A stretch of DNA of 63,343 nucleotides, filler included, from Octopus bimaculoides (GCF_001194135.2; 6 parts of 5 records of this genome joined end to end with filler, not necessarily neighbours in it); one strand, 5' to 3'. Shown: positions 51,426 through 63,343, counted from the whole stretch's first letter. A program made the numbers and translations. Notes: a model not told the origin generated them from the letters alone.

Positions 51426-52375
51426 TGTAATGACAGCCTTTGAGAAACAAACTCCGGAAGAAATCAAAAATTTTCAGATAGGGAACATCGGTCTCTTACG
51501 TGAATTGTTTGAAAGTATCGCAAAAGTTCAGCTCCCAAAATTACTGCAGAGCTTAATGACCGCTCCGAGAACCCAATTTCCACAAAAACTGTTCGCCGGG
51601 AGCTGCACAAAGCCGGATTTCACGGGAGGGCGACAATCAGAAAACCACTACTTTCAAAAACAAACGTAGCAAAGCGTTTAAAGTGGAGTAAAAACCTACA
51701 GAATTGGTCCCTAGAGCAGTGAAAGAATGTTATTTTCTCGGACGAGTCATCCTTTACCTTATTTCCAGCCACCGGCCGAGTATACGTATAGAGACAGCCA
51801 AAAGAAGGATTTCACTCAGACTGTCTTCTTCCAACTGTTAAAAATGGAGGAGGGTTTGTGATGATCGGGGGGAGGGGTGCTATACATTGAAAATCTGCGG
51901 CCCAGTGGTTTCCCTTCGTAGCAGAATTAATAGTCAGGATTATTTAGGCAGTTTACCTGATCAAATTCATTTTATGGTTGCGGAACTGTGTCCGGAGGGA
52001 AACGCAATACTTCAGGATGATAATGCACCAATTCACACCGCTAAAGTTGTTACTGAATGGCACGAAGAACATTCTAGTGAAGTTGAACATCTTATCTGGC
52101 CACCACAGTCCCCAGATCTCAATATTATTGAACATTTACGGTGCATTTTAGAAAAATAATTAAGGAGTCGATATCCTCCACTATAATCACTACAAGAAAT
52201 GGAGACTATTTTAGCTGAAGAATGTACGAAAATTCTTTTGGAAACAATTCAAATTTTGTACGAGTCCATACCTCGTAGAATTCAAGTTGTAATTACTGCC
52301 AAAGGCGGTCCTATCCCATATTAAAATAAATTTGTTTGAAATTTAAGGTGTTTCCATTATTTTGTCCAACCCCTG
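51426..52375 (+). mobile_element. Second Tc1-like DD36E copy, 5'-truncated, intact right TIR
   Basis: Collinear with 12330-13273; VIFSDES and LQDDNAPIH..WPPQSPDLNIIEH. Right TIR AGGTGTTTCCATTATTTTGTCCAACCCCTG followed by TA. Confidence 0.92.
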
Positions 52376-53549
52376 TACATACATTATNNNNNNNNNNNNN
52401 NNNNNNNNNNNNNNNNNNNNNNNNNNNNNNNNNNNNNNNNNNNNNNNNNNNNNNNNNNNNNNNNNNNNNNNNNNNNNNNNNNNNNNNNNNNNNNNNNNNN
52501 NNNNNNNNNNNNNNNNNNNNNNNNNNNNNNNNNNNNNNNNNNNNNNNNNNNNNNNNNNNNNNNNNNNNNNNNNNNNNNNNNNNNNNNNNNNNNNNNNNNN
52601 NNNNNNNNNNNNNNNNNNNNNNNNNNNNNNNNNNNNNNNNNNNNNNNNNNNNNNNNNNNNNNNNNNNNNNNNNNNNNNNNNNNNNNNNNNNNNNNNNNNN
52701 NNNNNNNNNNNNNNNNNNNNNNNNNNNNNNNNNNNNNNNNNNNNNNNNNNNNNNNNNNNNNNNNNNNNNNNNNNNNNNNNNNNNNNNNNNNNNNNNNNNN
52801 NNNNNNNNNNNNNNNNNNNNNNNNNNNNNNNNNNNNNNNNNNNNNNNNNNNNNNNNNNNNNNNNNNNNNNNNNNNNNNNNNNNNNNNNNNNNNNNNNNNN
52901 NNNNNNNNNNNNNNNNNNNNNNNNNNNNNNNNNNNNNNNNNNNNNNNNNNNNNNNNNNNNNNNNNNNNNNNNNNNNNNNNNNNNNNNNNNNNNNNNNNNN
53001 NNNNNNNNNNNNNNNNNNNNNNNNNNNNNNNNNNNNNNNNNNNNNNNNNNNNNNNNNNNNNNNNNNNNNNNNNNNNNNNNNNNNNNNNNNNNNNNNNNNN
53101 NNNNNNNNNNNNNNNNNNNNNNATATATATATATATGTATATATATATATATGTATGTATGTATATGAGAGTCATATGAAATATGTTCATACGCTCTTTT
53201 CTAGATATCTGAATTAGAAAATAAGTCATTGCTGTATTTTGTAGTATTATTGCTGGCGTTGTTTTCTAATGAAAGGAATGCTCTACCAGTCATTGCTTAT
53301 TAAAACAATGCTCAACGATTAAATAAGTTACCAGCAGTGGTGTAATCCACATCTTAATCTATGGGCACTCAGCAGTTGACGATCAGCTCGTTGGTATAGC
53401 AATACCGACTTCATTTCTTCGTGTCTAAAATCTATCAAAAACAATACAGAAAATGTAATACGCCGCCATTACGAAACCAATGAATAAAGGTCAACCGAAA
53501 TCACTGCTAAAACCACGAATAAACACATGACATTCACAGGAAAAGGGTT

Positions 53550-54440
53550 AAATGCAAAAAGTCCTTCAGGAAAATATCACCAGAAAAACAATCTCAAATA
53601 TCAACTTAATAAATGATCTAATCGATTTAATCGATTGTCGTGGGAAATCTATCTCGATTCTAAATACAACCCTCTTCAAGTAAACTTATTACAAAATATT
53701 GTATGTTCAGAAAATACACTATATAAAATGAAATCCTAAATATTCGAAAACCTATCCCTACTCAACGATATCGAACAGGGATTTTATAATTTGAAAAATG
53801 AAATCACTTATTTTATGAGAATAAGTTATTGTAAACAAATACCAAACTATTTCCACAGAGACATCAACAAGAAGCAAGAATCTAGATGACTCACAAAGAA
53901 CAAAATAATTTAAACATATTAGAATAGAATATGGCAAGCTATACTTTCGGCACAATGCATTAGATGGAAAAATATAAGAAAAATGCAATAACAACACGCG
54001 TGATCTTGCATAAGTTGTTCGGAATTCAGAAACTCGATAAACATTGCAAACAAGTGGAAAATTGCAATATTGGACTGAAATCCCTAACATGTATTCATGT
54101 TTCTGTAACAAAAGCTTTCAATGAATTAATAAAGACACCAGAATTAACAAGAGGTTGTTTACTAGAAAGGTTATCAAAATTAGTATGGGGTTAGATAAAT
54201 ATGCCAAAGCTATTGCAAGAGAAAGCAAATTAATGAAAATTGAAAGCATTAAATTAGATCCAGATACTGCAATTAGAGAATTTGAACAGCATCTCTTATA
54301 TAAATACTTAAGAGGAGATGAAATTGATGAGATATAACATACAGAGATGAAGAAGAAAATTAGCAATTTTAAAGTAGAAATGTCAGACTTGTATGAAATA
54401 CTGAGGCCAACAGAAGAAATATACATACATGCATACATAC

Positions 54441-54471
<31 letters not shown>

Positions 54472-54900
54472 CTAGCTATTAAAGTCAAATACTACGACTT
54501 TAGCATAATAATTTCGAAGTTGGGTGAATTAAAGATAGAATGGAAAACAAGGAAACTATTCATTGCTTTTCGATCCCATAATATATATACACAAGTCATT
54601 GTACAAAGAATATAGCCACTCACCTTACTGGCGAAATGGTTTGATATATATAAAGGATTATTAAAAGTTAACATCACAAAAATATTTTGTAACAAGTAAA
54701 ACGAAGTGTATTTCTTTTATGAGAGAAGATGATTAAAAATAAAAAGAAAATATAGTCCCTCCATACAGAGAAACAGTAAATTACATATGAAAAACTATCT
54801 GCTGTGAGGAAAAATGCTTGAAGACAAAGGCAAAAACACACAAATAAAGAAATCAAAGTGAATTCCCAAGATATACTAATGGAGAAAAACGAAAACTACA
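53550..54900 (+). pseudogene. Ancient A-rich coding-like remnant, possibly L1-type ORF2
   Basis: Weak RT-like blocks: NINLINDLIDLID..GKSISILN, I.QG, EYGKL, GLDKYAKAIA. Many stops and frameshifts. Confidence 0.3.
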
Positions 54901-54999
54901 ACCCTTCTATGGTGAAAATGGTATCAGATTCAGAATAGAAGTCTGGTTGCAAGCCAGTGATGGCCTAGTATTAGAAATAGAGGAACTATGAGCATCTCG

Positions 55000-55295
55000 T
55001 GATAATTTGAACTGGCATATGTCCTACTCTATACCGTACTTCGAAAGTTTGTCAACTTTGAACTAATTTTCTGATCTAAACGGGAAGTTTAGATTTAGTC
55101 ATCTTTGAGCTTGCACATTTGAACTAGTATCTGTTCTAGTCTAAACAAAATGCTGACATTTTATGAATTTTGAACCAGTATCTTTAAAGGAGTATAGGTT
55201 TTAATGTAAACAGTATGTTGAGATTTTGTCAGTTTTGAACTAATATCCTTGAACTAGTATCTAAATAGTATGCCGAGTTAAAACTTGTCAGGTTA
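55000..55295. repeat. Degenerate minisatellite-like array with core TTTGAACTAGTATC
   Basis: Core variants at ~55006, 55057, 55118, 55169, 55234 and 55248, with an outlier at ~55649. Confidence 0.6.
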
Positions 55296-56446
55296 AAAGT
55301 TTTATTTTTACCTTAACAGTACATCGGTGTTAGCAGTCTAATGTTTTCTCAATTTCTAAACATATCACAAAAAAAAAAAAAAAAAAAATTATGATGCCTC
55401 TTTTAACGTTTGATATTATACGCTACATTGATCAAAAACAAATTCTCTGTACAAAACTATTCCTTTTCTTCTCTACCAAAGTTTTCTTATGTTACTATCA
55501 CTAATTTGACGACTGGGAATAAATATTGATTTTGTTTTTGAATTGTAACAAACAACTAAGTTCTAACACGAAAATTATAACAAATAAAAATTAGTTTGCA
55601 ATTATGTCGTCTCCTGCGGATCAATACGTAGTGGAAAAACTGGTACATTTTGAACTAGTTGTAAGCTCTCTATTTATTAATTTATTTCTTCCAAGAATAT
55701 TCTTCTAAGACTCAGTTAGGCTTTCAGATTGTTTTTCATTTTCGTTTTAGTACTTCCTCTTCTCTCTAACTTTGATTTCCTATAATCCTTTATCATAATA
55801 TATTATATGAAATCTTGAAACTTTTTTGAAATGTACTTAACTACTTTCTCTACAGCATTGAGTTACTTCCGACTAAGTGCTTACCATCTTGCCTGGAAGA
55901 GAAAACAACAATAAAGATAATTACTTGATTTGGAGATCGGGAATAAATTCAAAATGCAGTTATTAAAAGTTGCTTTCTTAGGCGATTTATTGATTAAAAA
56001 AGAGAACGTCTTAAGATTCCATGCACATTTCAAGACTGCAATTTACGTCAATACTTGTGTTGTCACATCGTGACACAACTGTAATTGTTCAGAATATAAA
56101 GAATGTTGGCAAAGAAAACAATAAAACATTTGACAGACGTTTAACTACGACAGAGAAATGTTAATAAAGAAGGAACAGGAGAAAAAGAAAGGAAAGGAAA
56201 TGGGGAAAATAGTGAAATAGGAAGAAAGAAATGAAGGAATTTGGGGGTGGAGGAGACAGGATTTTTCTGCAAATTCTGTGCACAATTATTCGAATTGGCA
56301 AATTTCAATATGTTGATAATTTCTCAAATTTTAATTCAAATGACTGTGTGATAAAAGACGGCAGAAAATCCCAAATCAAACATTTTCAGATTATAGAATC
56401 GAGTAGCTTCAATAGTAATTGTTGTTGTTGTGGCTTATCATTATTA

Positions 56447-56513
<67 letters not shown>

Positions 56514-56865
56514 CATCATCATCATCAACATCGGCGGTGTCGTCCTTATTGATGATTCAATAAGTTTTAAACAACAAGTTTCACTACATGATGTTGTTAT
56601 CCATTAATTTACGCAAAGTTACCGCAAGAAATGAAATCAAATCGATAAACGTTGCAGAACATAATTAATATAAAAGAAAGAAGTAGGCAGAGGTAGTGTG
56701 ATTAAGAATTTTCCTTCGCATTTACGTGGTGACGTGTTCAAACATGTTCCACGAATGTCTTTCGCAATAGGCTCGGGTCGATCAATAATGATTTGTAAGT
56801 AACCTTGGTTCGTACAAGATATTAAGCAGGTCCCGTAGTATATACGTATATAGAGTGAGTAAGAT

Positions 56866-56899
<34 letters not shown>

Positions 56900-57045
56900 C
56901 GAGGTTGTGCTGAAAATTTCCTGGCTTTAATGGTGTCGCGAAAGGCCTGGGTGGAGGCCCAACGTTGCTAGTTCTTCGATTACAGACCTTAGAAAAGCTG
57001 GAAGACCGCTGCAATAAGTGGGTGTTTCTGGAAGAGAATATATTT
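56900..57045 (+). mobile_element. mariner-derived MITE, right end missing
   Basis: TA-CGAGG.TGTGCTGAAAATTTCCTGGCT start, collinear with 61777-61925. Confidence 0.7.
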
Positions 57046-57311
57046 GTGTATATATATATATATATATANNNNNNNNNNNNNNNNNNNNNNNNNNNNNNNN
57101 NNNNNNNNNNNNTTAATTAATTAANNNNNNNNNNNNNNNNNNNNNNNNNNNNNNNNNNNNNNNNNNNNGAATGTATTCTTTTTCGGGAGAAACAAGACAT
57201 ATTTTGTCGGACTCACTGTTATTATTATACTTCACACACAGATACATGACTCTGTGCATACAGATAAATACACACACACACACACACAAATCCATACATG
57301 AATATGTATGC

Positions 57312-57342
<31 letters not shown>

Positions 57343-58008
57343 AGTGCGTGTGTGTGTGTTTGTATTATATATGTACATGTATGCTTATATATATAGATAT
57401 ATATGCACAGAGAATATGTATATGTGTATGTGCGTGTGCGTGTGTGTGTGCTTGTGTGTGTATGTGTGTGTGTGTGCGTGTTTGCCTGTGTGTCTTTGTG
57501 TATGTATATATGCAAGTATGTATGTACGTATATTGCAGGCGCTTGGGTTAGTGGTTAAGGTGATACACCTATGATGCTAAGATCGGGGTTTCGATTTCTT
57601 TCGCAGTATGTGTGTGAGTGTGTGTAACTTATGTAATATACAGAAAAAGTTATGATACTCACAGCTGAGTGAATCTATTCGTCATTTCTTTCCAATCTTT
57701 TGCCCTCCAGTCATGCGGTGTATATATATATATATACATTTGTGTTCTGGCATGTATGCATGCATACACACATGCATATATGTATTTATGTATGTATGTA
57801 TGCATGTGTATCTATATGTGCGCATGTGTGTGTGTCTGTGTGTGTATGTATACATATAAATTACGTATATATTCATACATATATGTATATATACATACAT
57901 AGAAAAAATCATATATACATACATACATACATACATATATATATTTCGTTTTTGTATTTGGTTTTCAAGATTCGTTATGTGAATTCGTGTGTTGAATTCG
58001 CATATTTG

Positions 58009-58247
58009 ATTGTGCCTGGGGAGAGAATTCTCTTTTAGTGCTATATTATTTAACACACTCACCGGTTCGATTTCCACTCATTTATTTATTTATTTATTTA
58101 TTTATTTTACTTTAATTTTTCGTTGCGTCTTGCAACCTTTTCAATAGTCATTCAAGTGTCAATAAAGAAATAAATGAGTGGAAATCGAACCGGTGCGTGT
58201 GTTAAATAATATAGCACTAAAAGAGAATGTCTCTACCCAAGCACAAT
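58009..58247. repeat. Long inverted repeat (~86-bp arms, ~66-bp loop), probable MITE or foldback
   Basis: 58009-58094 is the reverse complement of 58161-58247 with about 4 mismatches and 1 indel. Confidence 0.85.
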
Positions 58248-58734
58248 AATATATATATATATANNNNNNNNNNNNNNNNNNNNNNNNNNNNNNNNNNNNN
58301 NNNNNNNNNNNNNNNNNNNNNNNNNNNNNNNNNNNNNNNNNNNNNNNNNNNNNNNNNNNNNNNNNNNNNNNNNNNNNNNNNNNNNNNNNNNNNNNNNNNN
58401 NNNNNNNNNNNNNNNNNNNNNNNNNNNNNNNNNNNNNNNNNNNNNNNNNNNNNNNNNNNNNNNNNNNNNNNNNNNNNNNNNNNNNNNNNNNNNNNNNNNN
58501 NNNNNNNNNNNNNNNNNNNNNNNNNNNNNNNNNNNNNNNNNNNNNNNNNNNNNNNNNNNNNNNNNNNNNNNNNNNNNNNNNNNNNNNNNNNNNNNNNNNN
58601 NNNATGTTTGTGTTTGTGTGTGTGTGAGCGCTTATGTTTGTTTGTGCCTTTGCCTATGTCCCTATGTAGAAGAATATATTTCTGTACAAAGATTTGACTT
58701 ATTTTGTCTGGTTGTGCATTGCTGTCTTTTCAGA

Positions 58735-59040
58735 TTATTGGGCGTACGACGGTAGTGCCACCGGTTCGACTCCTATACCGTGTAAGTCGTTACACCCTTG
58801 AGCAAGGCTCACCATTTCGCATCAGCCCACTTTACTAGGTGGAAAATAAACCGCTACTGCATGCAGGTACAAGCCTGTTTTCCTTCAGGAGTCAAATACC
58901 CGATATTTTGCAGGGTTAGGGTCTAGGGTGTGGGCCGGAGCGAACGTATGTTCATGCCTAAAAAAATACATGGTGTAACTCCCCGAGATATAAGACCCTG
59001 CAGCGACAGACATCTATGCTACCCGTAAACCCTATTTTAT
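58735..59040 (+). mobile_element. Old tRNA-derived SINE (Meta/CORE-like central motif)
   Basis: B-box GGTTCGACTCC followed by CCCTTGAGCAAGGC. Only one copy in the window. Confidence 0.4.
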
Positions 59041-59353
59041 CTACATTAAAAGTTATATGCATGTGCTGGTGAGTTTATGTGTGTGTGAGTGCGAGTGTAT
59101 GTGTGTATATATGTTTGTATGCATATATGTATGTATGAATGAATGCATGAATGGATGTAGATATATACATATATACAATGCTCTCTCTCGTCGTCACACG
59201 ACGTATGAGGGTTCGACAATTTCTTACCGAACACCCAGACGCATGAATTGTTTATAGTGATCATAATGTCTGTGTAAACTTAAACTCACTTCCTCCATCA
59301 GATCGACATTACCTGTACAGGTGCAACAGGTGCCACAGATATCGAAATATATA

Positions 59354-59517
59354 TGGGCGAAGGCGTGGCTGTGTCGTAAGAAGCTTGCTTCCCAGCCCTA
59401 TGGTCTTGGGTTCAGTCCCACTGCGTGGCAACTTGGGTAAGTGTGTTCTGCTGCAGACACGGGCCGACCAAAGCCGTGTGAGTGGATTTGATAGACGGAA
59501 ACTGGAAGAAGCCCGTC
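59354..59517 (+). mobile_element. 5' half of a CORE-like SINE, running into an N-gap
   Basis: AGGCGTGGCTGTGT..GGGTTCAGTCCCACTGCGTGGCAACTTGGGTAAGTGT..GAAACTGGAAGAAGCCCGTC. Confidence 0.85.
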
Positions 59518-60987
59518 NNNNNNNNNNNNNNNNNNNNNNNNNNNNNNNNNNNNNNNNNNNNNNNNNNNNNNNNNNNNNNNNNNNNNNNNNNNNNNNNNNN
59601 NNNNNNNNNNNNNNNNNNNNNNNNNNNNNNNNNNNNNNNNNNNNNNNNNNNNNNNNNNNNNNNNNNNNNNNNNNNNNNNNNNNNNNNNNNNNNNNNNNNN
59701 NNNNNNNNNNNNNNNNNNNNNNNNNNNNNNNNNNNNNNNNNNNNNNNNNNNNNNNNNNNNNNNNNNNNNNNNNNNNNNNNNNNNNNNNNNNNNNNNNNNN
59801 NNNNNNNNNNNNNNNNNNNNNNNNNNNNNNNNNNNNNNNNNNNNNNNNNNNNNNNNNNNNNNNNNNNNNNNNNNNNNNNNNNNNNNNNNNNNNNNNNNNN
59901 NNNNNNNNNNNNNNNNNNNNNNNNNNNNNNNNNNNNNNNNNNNNNNNNNNNNNNNNNNNNNNNNNNNNNNNNNNNNNNNNNNNNNNNNNNNNNNNNNNNN
60001 NNNNNNNNNNNNNNNNNNNNNNNNNNNNNNNNNNNNNNNNNNNNNNNATATATATATATATATATATATACGTACATACATATATATAAGCGCATATATA
60101 TGTATATAAACGCATGTGTAAATATACGTATATACAGATATATATATATATATATATATGTGCGTGTAAGTGTGTGTGTGTATAAATGAATGTGTTTGTG
60201 TGCCTCTGTGTGTGTATATATATAAATGAATGTGTGTGAGTGTGTGTGTGTTGTTTCCTTGTTTAAATCAGTGAACTGCAGCTATGCAGTGGCAATGCCT
60301 TGAAGGTTTGAGTGGAACAAATTAACTGCAGTGTTTATGTGCAGCAGCCTTGTAATTCCCTGGCGGTCTTTTTGCGGAACCTGTAGGGTACGGGGACGTA
60401 GAGAAAGCTACACCAGTTTCTCAAGGAGTCTGGGACAAACACAAAAGCAAAAACACAAACATAAACCTTGGCACACATAAACACACACATATACATATAT
60501 ACATATACATATATACATATACATATATCCATATACNNNNNNNNNNNNNNNNNNNNNNNNNNNNNNNNNNNNNNNNNNNNNNNNNNNNNNNNNNNNNNNN
60601 NNNNNNNNNNNNNNNNNNNNNNNNNNNNNNNNNNNNAAAAAAAGAACACCAAAATATATATTTACAGTAAGAAAACTGGTTACTAATTAATTCTTTATTG
60701 TCAGGTGGAATGCAGCCATTTAAAATACGGGTAATACATGCGCATGCGTGCATGTGTGTGTGTGACTCTGTGTGTGTGTGCGCGTGCATGTGTGTGTGTA
60801 TGTGTGTGTTTGTGCGCACGTGTGTGTTTGTGTGTATGTGTGTGTTTGTGCGTATGTGTGTGTTTGTGCGTATGTGTGTGTTTGTGTGTATGTGTGTTTG
60901 TGTGTGTGAGTGTTTATAATTAAGTCAGGTCACTCTGCTTCATATGGTGAGCTGAAAATAAGCTTTTGTGGATTGAAATTATAACCA

Positions 60988-61052
<65 letters not shown>

Positions 61053-61089
61053 ATCTATCTTTCTATCTATCTATTTTCTCTCTCTCTCT

Positions 61090-61121
<32 letters not shown>

Positions 61122-61201
61122 GCATACATACATATATGCACACGAAAACTCACAGACATACACACTCATCACATACACACAGGCACACACAGGCACACAC
61201 A

Positions 61202-61536
61202 GGTGGCGAGCTGGCAGAAACGTTAGCACGCCGGACGAAATGCTTAGCGGTATTTCGTCTGCCGCTACGTTCTGAGTTCAAATTCCGCCGAGGTCGACTT
61301 TGCCTTTCATCCTTTCGGGGTCGATTAAATAAGTACCAGTTACGCACTGGGGTCGATATAATCGACTTAATCCGTGCTTGTCTNNNNNNNNNNCGACTTT
61401 GCCTTTCATCCTTTCGGGGTCGATTAAATAAGTACCAGTTACGCACTGGGGTCGATATAATCGACTTAATCCGTGCTTGTCTGTCCTTGTTTGTCCCCTC
61501 TGTGTGTAGCCCCTTGTGGGTAGTAAAGAAATAAAA
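61202..61536 (+). mobile_element. Young Nin-domain-like SINE (89 bp duplicated across a 10-N gap)
   Basis: GGTGGCGAGCTGGCAGAAACGTTAGC head, GAGTTCAAATTCC B-box and the full core. Confidence 0.9.
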
Positions 61537-61776
61537 CACATACACACACACACACACACATACATACACCATACACTCACATACTGCAGAGAAAAACAAT
61601 TTGGAAATATCACAGAGTTCTAAGTATTTACAAAGTTCCACAAAGCAAAAATGTAAGCGGCAATCGTGTTTTATTCTCATTGTCTATCATGGTGGGAGAC
61701 GATCTATACCATAGCTAATGGGTAAAGAAATATTAAGTAACAACGGTGGATAAAATATATAATCGAAGAAAATGTA

Positions 61777-61993
61777 CGAGGGGGTTCTGAAAAGTTCCTG
61801 GCATTAAGGTTGTCGCGAAAGACCTGGCTGAAGGCCCAGCCTTCCGAGTCCTTTTACACGGCTCAGAAAAACTGAAGGACCGCTACAATAAGTGTATGAA
61901 CCTGAGAGGGGAACAGGTTGAATAAAATCATAGTTAACTGATCTTCCTGGATTTTCTTTTACCCAAAGCCAGGAACGTGTCATCACCCCCTTG
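61777..61993 (+). mobile_element. Complete 217-bp mariner MITE
   Basis: TA-flanked ~26-bp imperfect TIRs (61777-61802 and 61968-61993). Retains the transposase C-terminus GSEKLKDRYNKCMNLRGEQVE*. Confidence 0.85.
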
Positions 61994-62274
61994 TATTCAG
62001 GGTAACTGAAAAGTAACTCCCTATTTAAAAATACTTATAAATTATTTAATCGTAATTTTTTCTTCAATTTTTTTTTTTTTTGTGTGTTTGTCTTTTGAAG
62101 TATGAAAATTTAATCTGTAATCGTATTGCTCTTGTCGTTCGTGAATGGCTGAATGCTCACTTTCCAGGGAGANNNNNNNNNNNNNNNNNNNNNNNNNNNN
62201 NNNNNNNNNNNNNNNNTTAATTAATTAANNNNNNNNNNNNNNNNNNNNNNNNNNNNNNNNNNNNNNNNNNNNGA

Positions 62275-62979
62275 AGATCAAAGTTCGGTACCTGGTACAC
62301 TGTGTGCCGCAAGGCGCTTCTCCAGTTCTGCAGCTCGAGAAATGCCAGCGGTTTCGGTACCACCGCGGCTTTCTATAGTGGGTTGGTAGAGGCTGGAAAT
62401 GACGATGCCCTGGGAAGGACCGTGGGTCTCGATGATAACCAGTTAGACAGCCTGTTCCTAAGAACGTTCGGGCCGAAGACACTGGATAACTTCCAAAAGT
62501 CTCTGGCCTGGCAGTGTTACCGAGGAGCCCTACCCGTTCGGGATAAACTCATGAGACACGGCCACCTTGGGTCTGTCTGTCCAAGATGCGGACAGGGCAT
62601 GGAAACCGTCCTGCACGCTATTGTTCAGTGTCCGGGTATTTCAGAAGTATGGGTTTATGCAGAACAACTGTTGTCTGATGGGAGAAGAGTACAGCTATTG
62701 TATGAGTCGATTGTAAAAATTAACTCGCCGGATTTCCTGATGGAAGAAGGTAAGAATTATTTTCTCGTAGTAGTAGCAATTGCGAGAGAGGTGATATGGA
62801 AGTCGAGAATGAAAGGTATTGTGACAAACATCGGCGTCTCCGGCCTCGCCTTCGTGAAAATGTTCACTTTTCACTTGAAAAGGAAGGTGGGGCTGCAAAG
62901 GAGGTGTTTGTCAGAGAGTGAATTTAAAAAACGATGGACACGTGTAGCGCGAATGTTCGGAGTGAAAGGCCCTGCGTGA
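62275..62979 (+). CDS. Tx1/L1-clade LINE ORF2 C-terminal part (zf-RVT-like CCHC knuckle), 5' part lost in the gap
   Basis: Frame is open from the gap to TGA 62977-79 and contains W..YRGALPVRDKL..H....VCPRCG..METVLHAIVQC...SEVW and VIWKSR. Confidence 0.85.
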   Translation, partial: RSKFGTWYTVCRKALLQFCSSRNASGFGTTAAFYSGLVEAGNDDALGRTVGLDDNQLDSLFLRTFGPKTLDNFQKSLAWQCYRGALPVRDKLMRHGHLGSVCPRCGQGMETVLHAIVQCPGISEVWVYAEQLLSDGRRVQLLYESIVKINSPDFLMEEGKNYFLVVVAIAREVIWKSRMKGIVTNIGVSGLAFVKMFTFHLKRKVGLQRRCLSESEFKKRWTRVARMFGVKGPA

Positions 62980-63248
62980 GCACACTTGTGTGACTACCAG
63001 TAAGTCGGTGCTAAAGACAGGGCTCGTGGGGTCGGAGCACACCTGTTTTGAACACATCATCGTGTGATTTATTGTTTGTGATTTTTGCTTGTGATTTATT
63101 GTTTGTGATTTATTGTTTGTAATTTATTGTTTGTAATTTATTGTGTTGTAATTCATTCGATTTCATTGTACATGTAAAATTTTATTATATCACCCCGATC
63201 ACATTGTATTGTCCCCTCTATGTTGGCCCGCATGGGTAATAAAAAAAC
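62980..63248 (+). mobile_element. 3' UTR of the Tx1/L1-like LINE with 14-bp tandem repeats and an A-rich end
   Basis: (TTGTGATTTATTGT)-like units at ~63062-63152; AATAAAAAAAA at 63238-63248. Confidence 0.75.
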
Positions 63249-63343
63249 AGATCCCAATGGTAGTCATAGAATGTGAAGGTGGATCTAGAAAATTTAGTAA
63301 CAGTAATAAATAGTTTATTACTGATTAATTTTCGTGTTCTTTT

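Noticed and set aside
55000-55295. CRISPR-like appearance of the core-and-spacer array
   Set aside because: Eukaryotic context, short degenerate repeats, irregular and mutually similar spacers, and no cas genes.
58910-58930. AGGGTTAGGGTCTAGGGT telomere-like words
   Set aside because: Only about two units, with no TIR or TSD resembling the 7606 element.
61295-61482. Exact 89-bp duplication in a SINE
   Set aside because: The identical copies sit either side of a 10-N gap, indicating unmerged overlapping contig ends.

Overview
Eukaryotic, AT-rich, gap-ridden draft-assembly DNA. The microsatellite density and the SINE and LINE families look like a coleoid cephalopod, most likely Octopus; this is inferred from recognising the repeats and was not verified. 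No host protein-coding gene can be identified with confidence. Nearly all ORFs in the track come from microsatellites, N-gaps or decayed transposons. Five artificial 100-nt linkers (44 N + TTAATTAATTAA + 44 N) split the window into six segments whose adjacency may not be real. Retroelements present: RTE/BovB, Dong/R4, Hero-like and Tx1/L1 LINE fragments, plus three or four tRNA-derived SINE families. DNA transposons present: two Tc1-like DD36E copies, a full-length DD37D (maT) copy, pogo/Tigger remnants and mariner MITEs. The most interesting observations: (1) a ~250-bp insert with two minimal type I hammerhead-like folds in tandem (41674-41920); (2) a 239-bp foldback element with a 9-bp TSD carrying TTAGGG telomeric repeats in both arms (7606-7844); (3) a (TAA)n tract holding three different stacked Dong/R4 3' ends (38630-39661); (4) a CpG-rich cluster of NRF1, E2F, YY1 and ETS-like motifs resembling an orphan housekeeping promoter (17700-17900).
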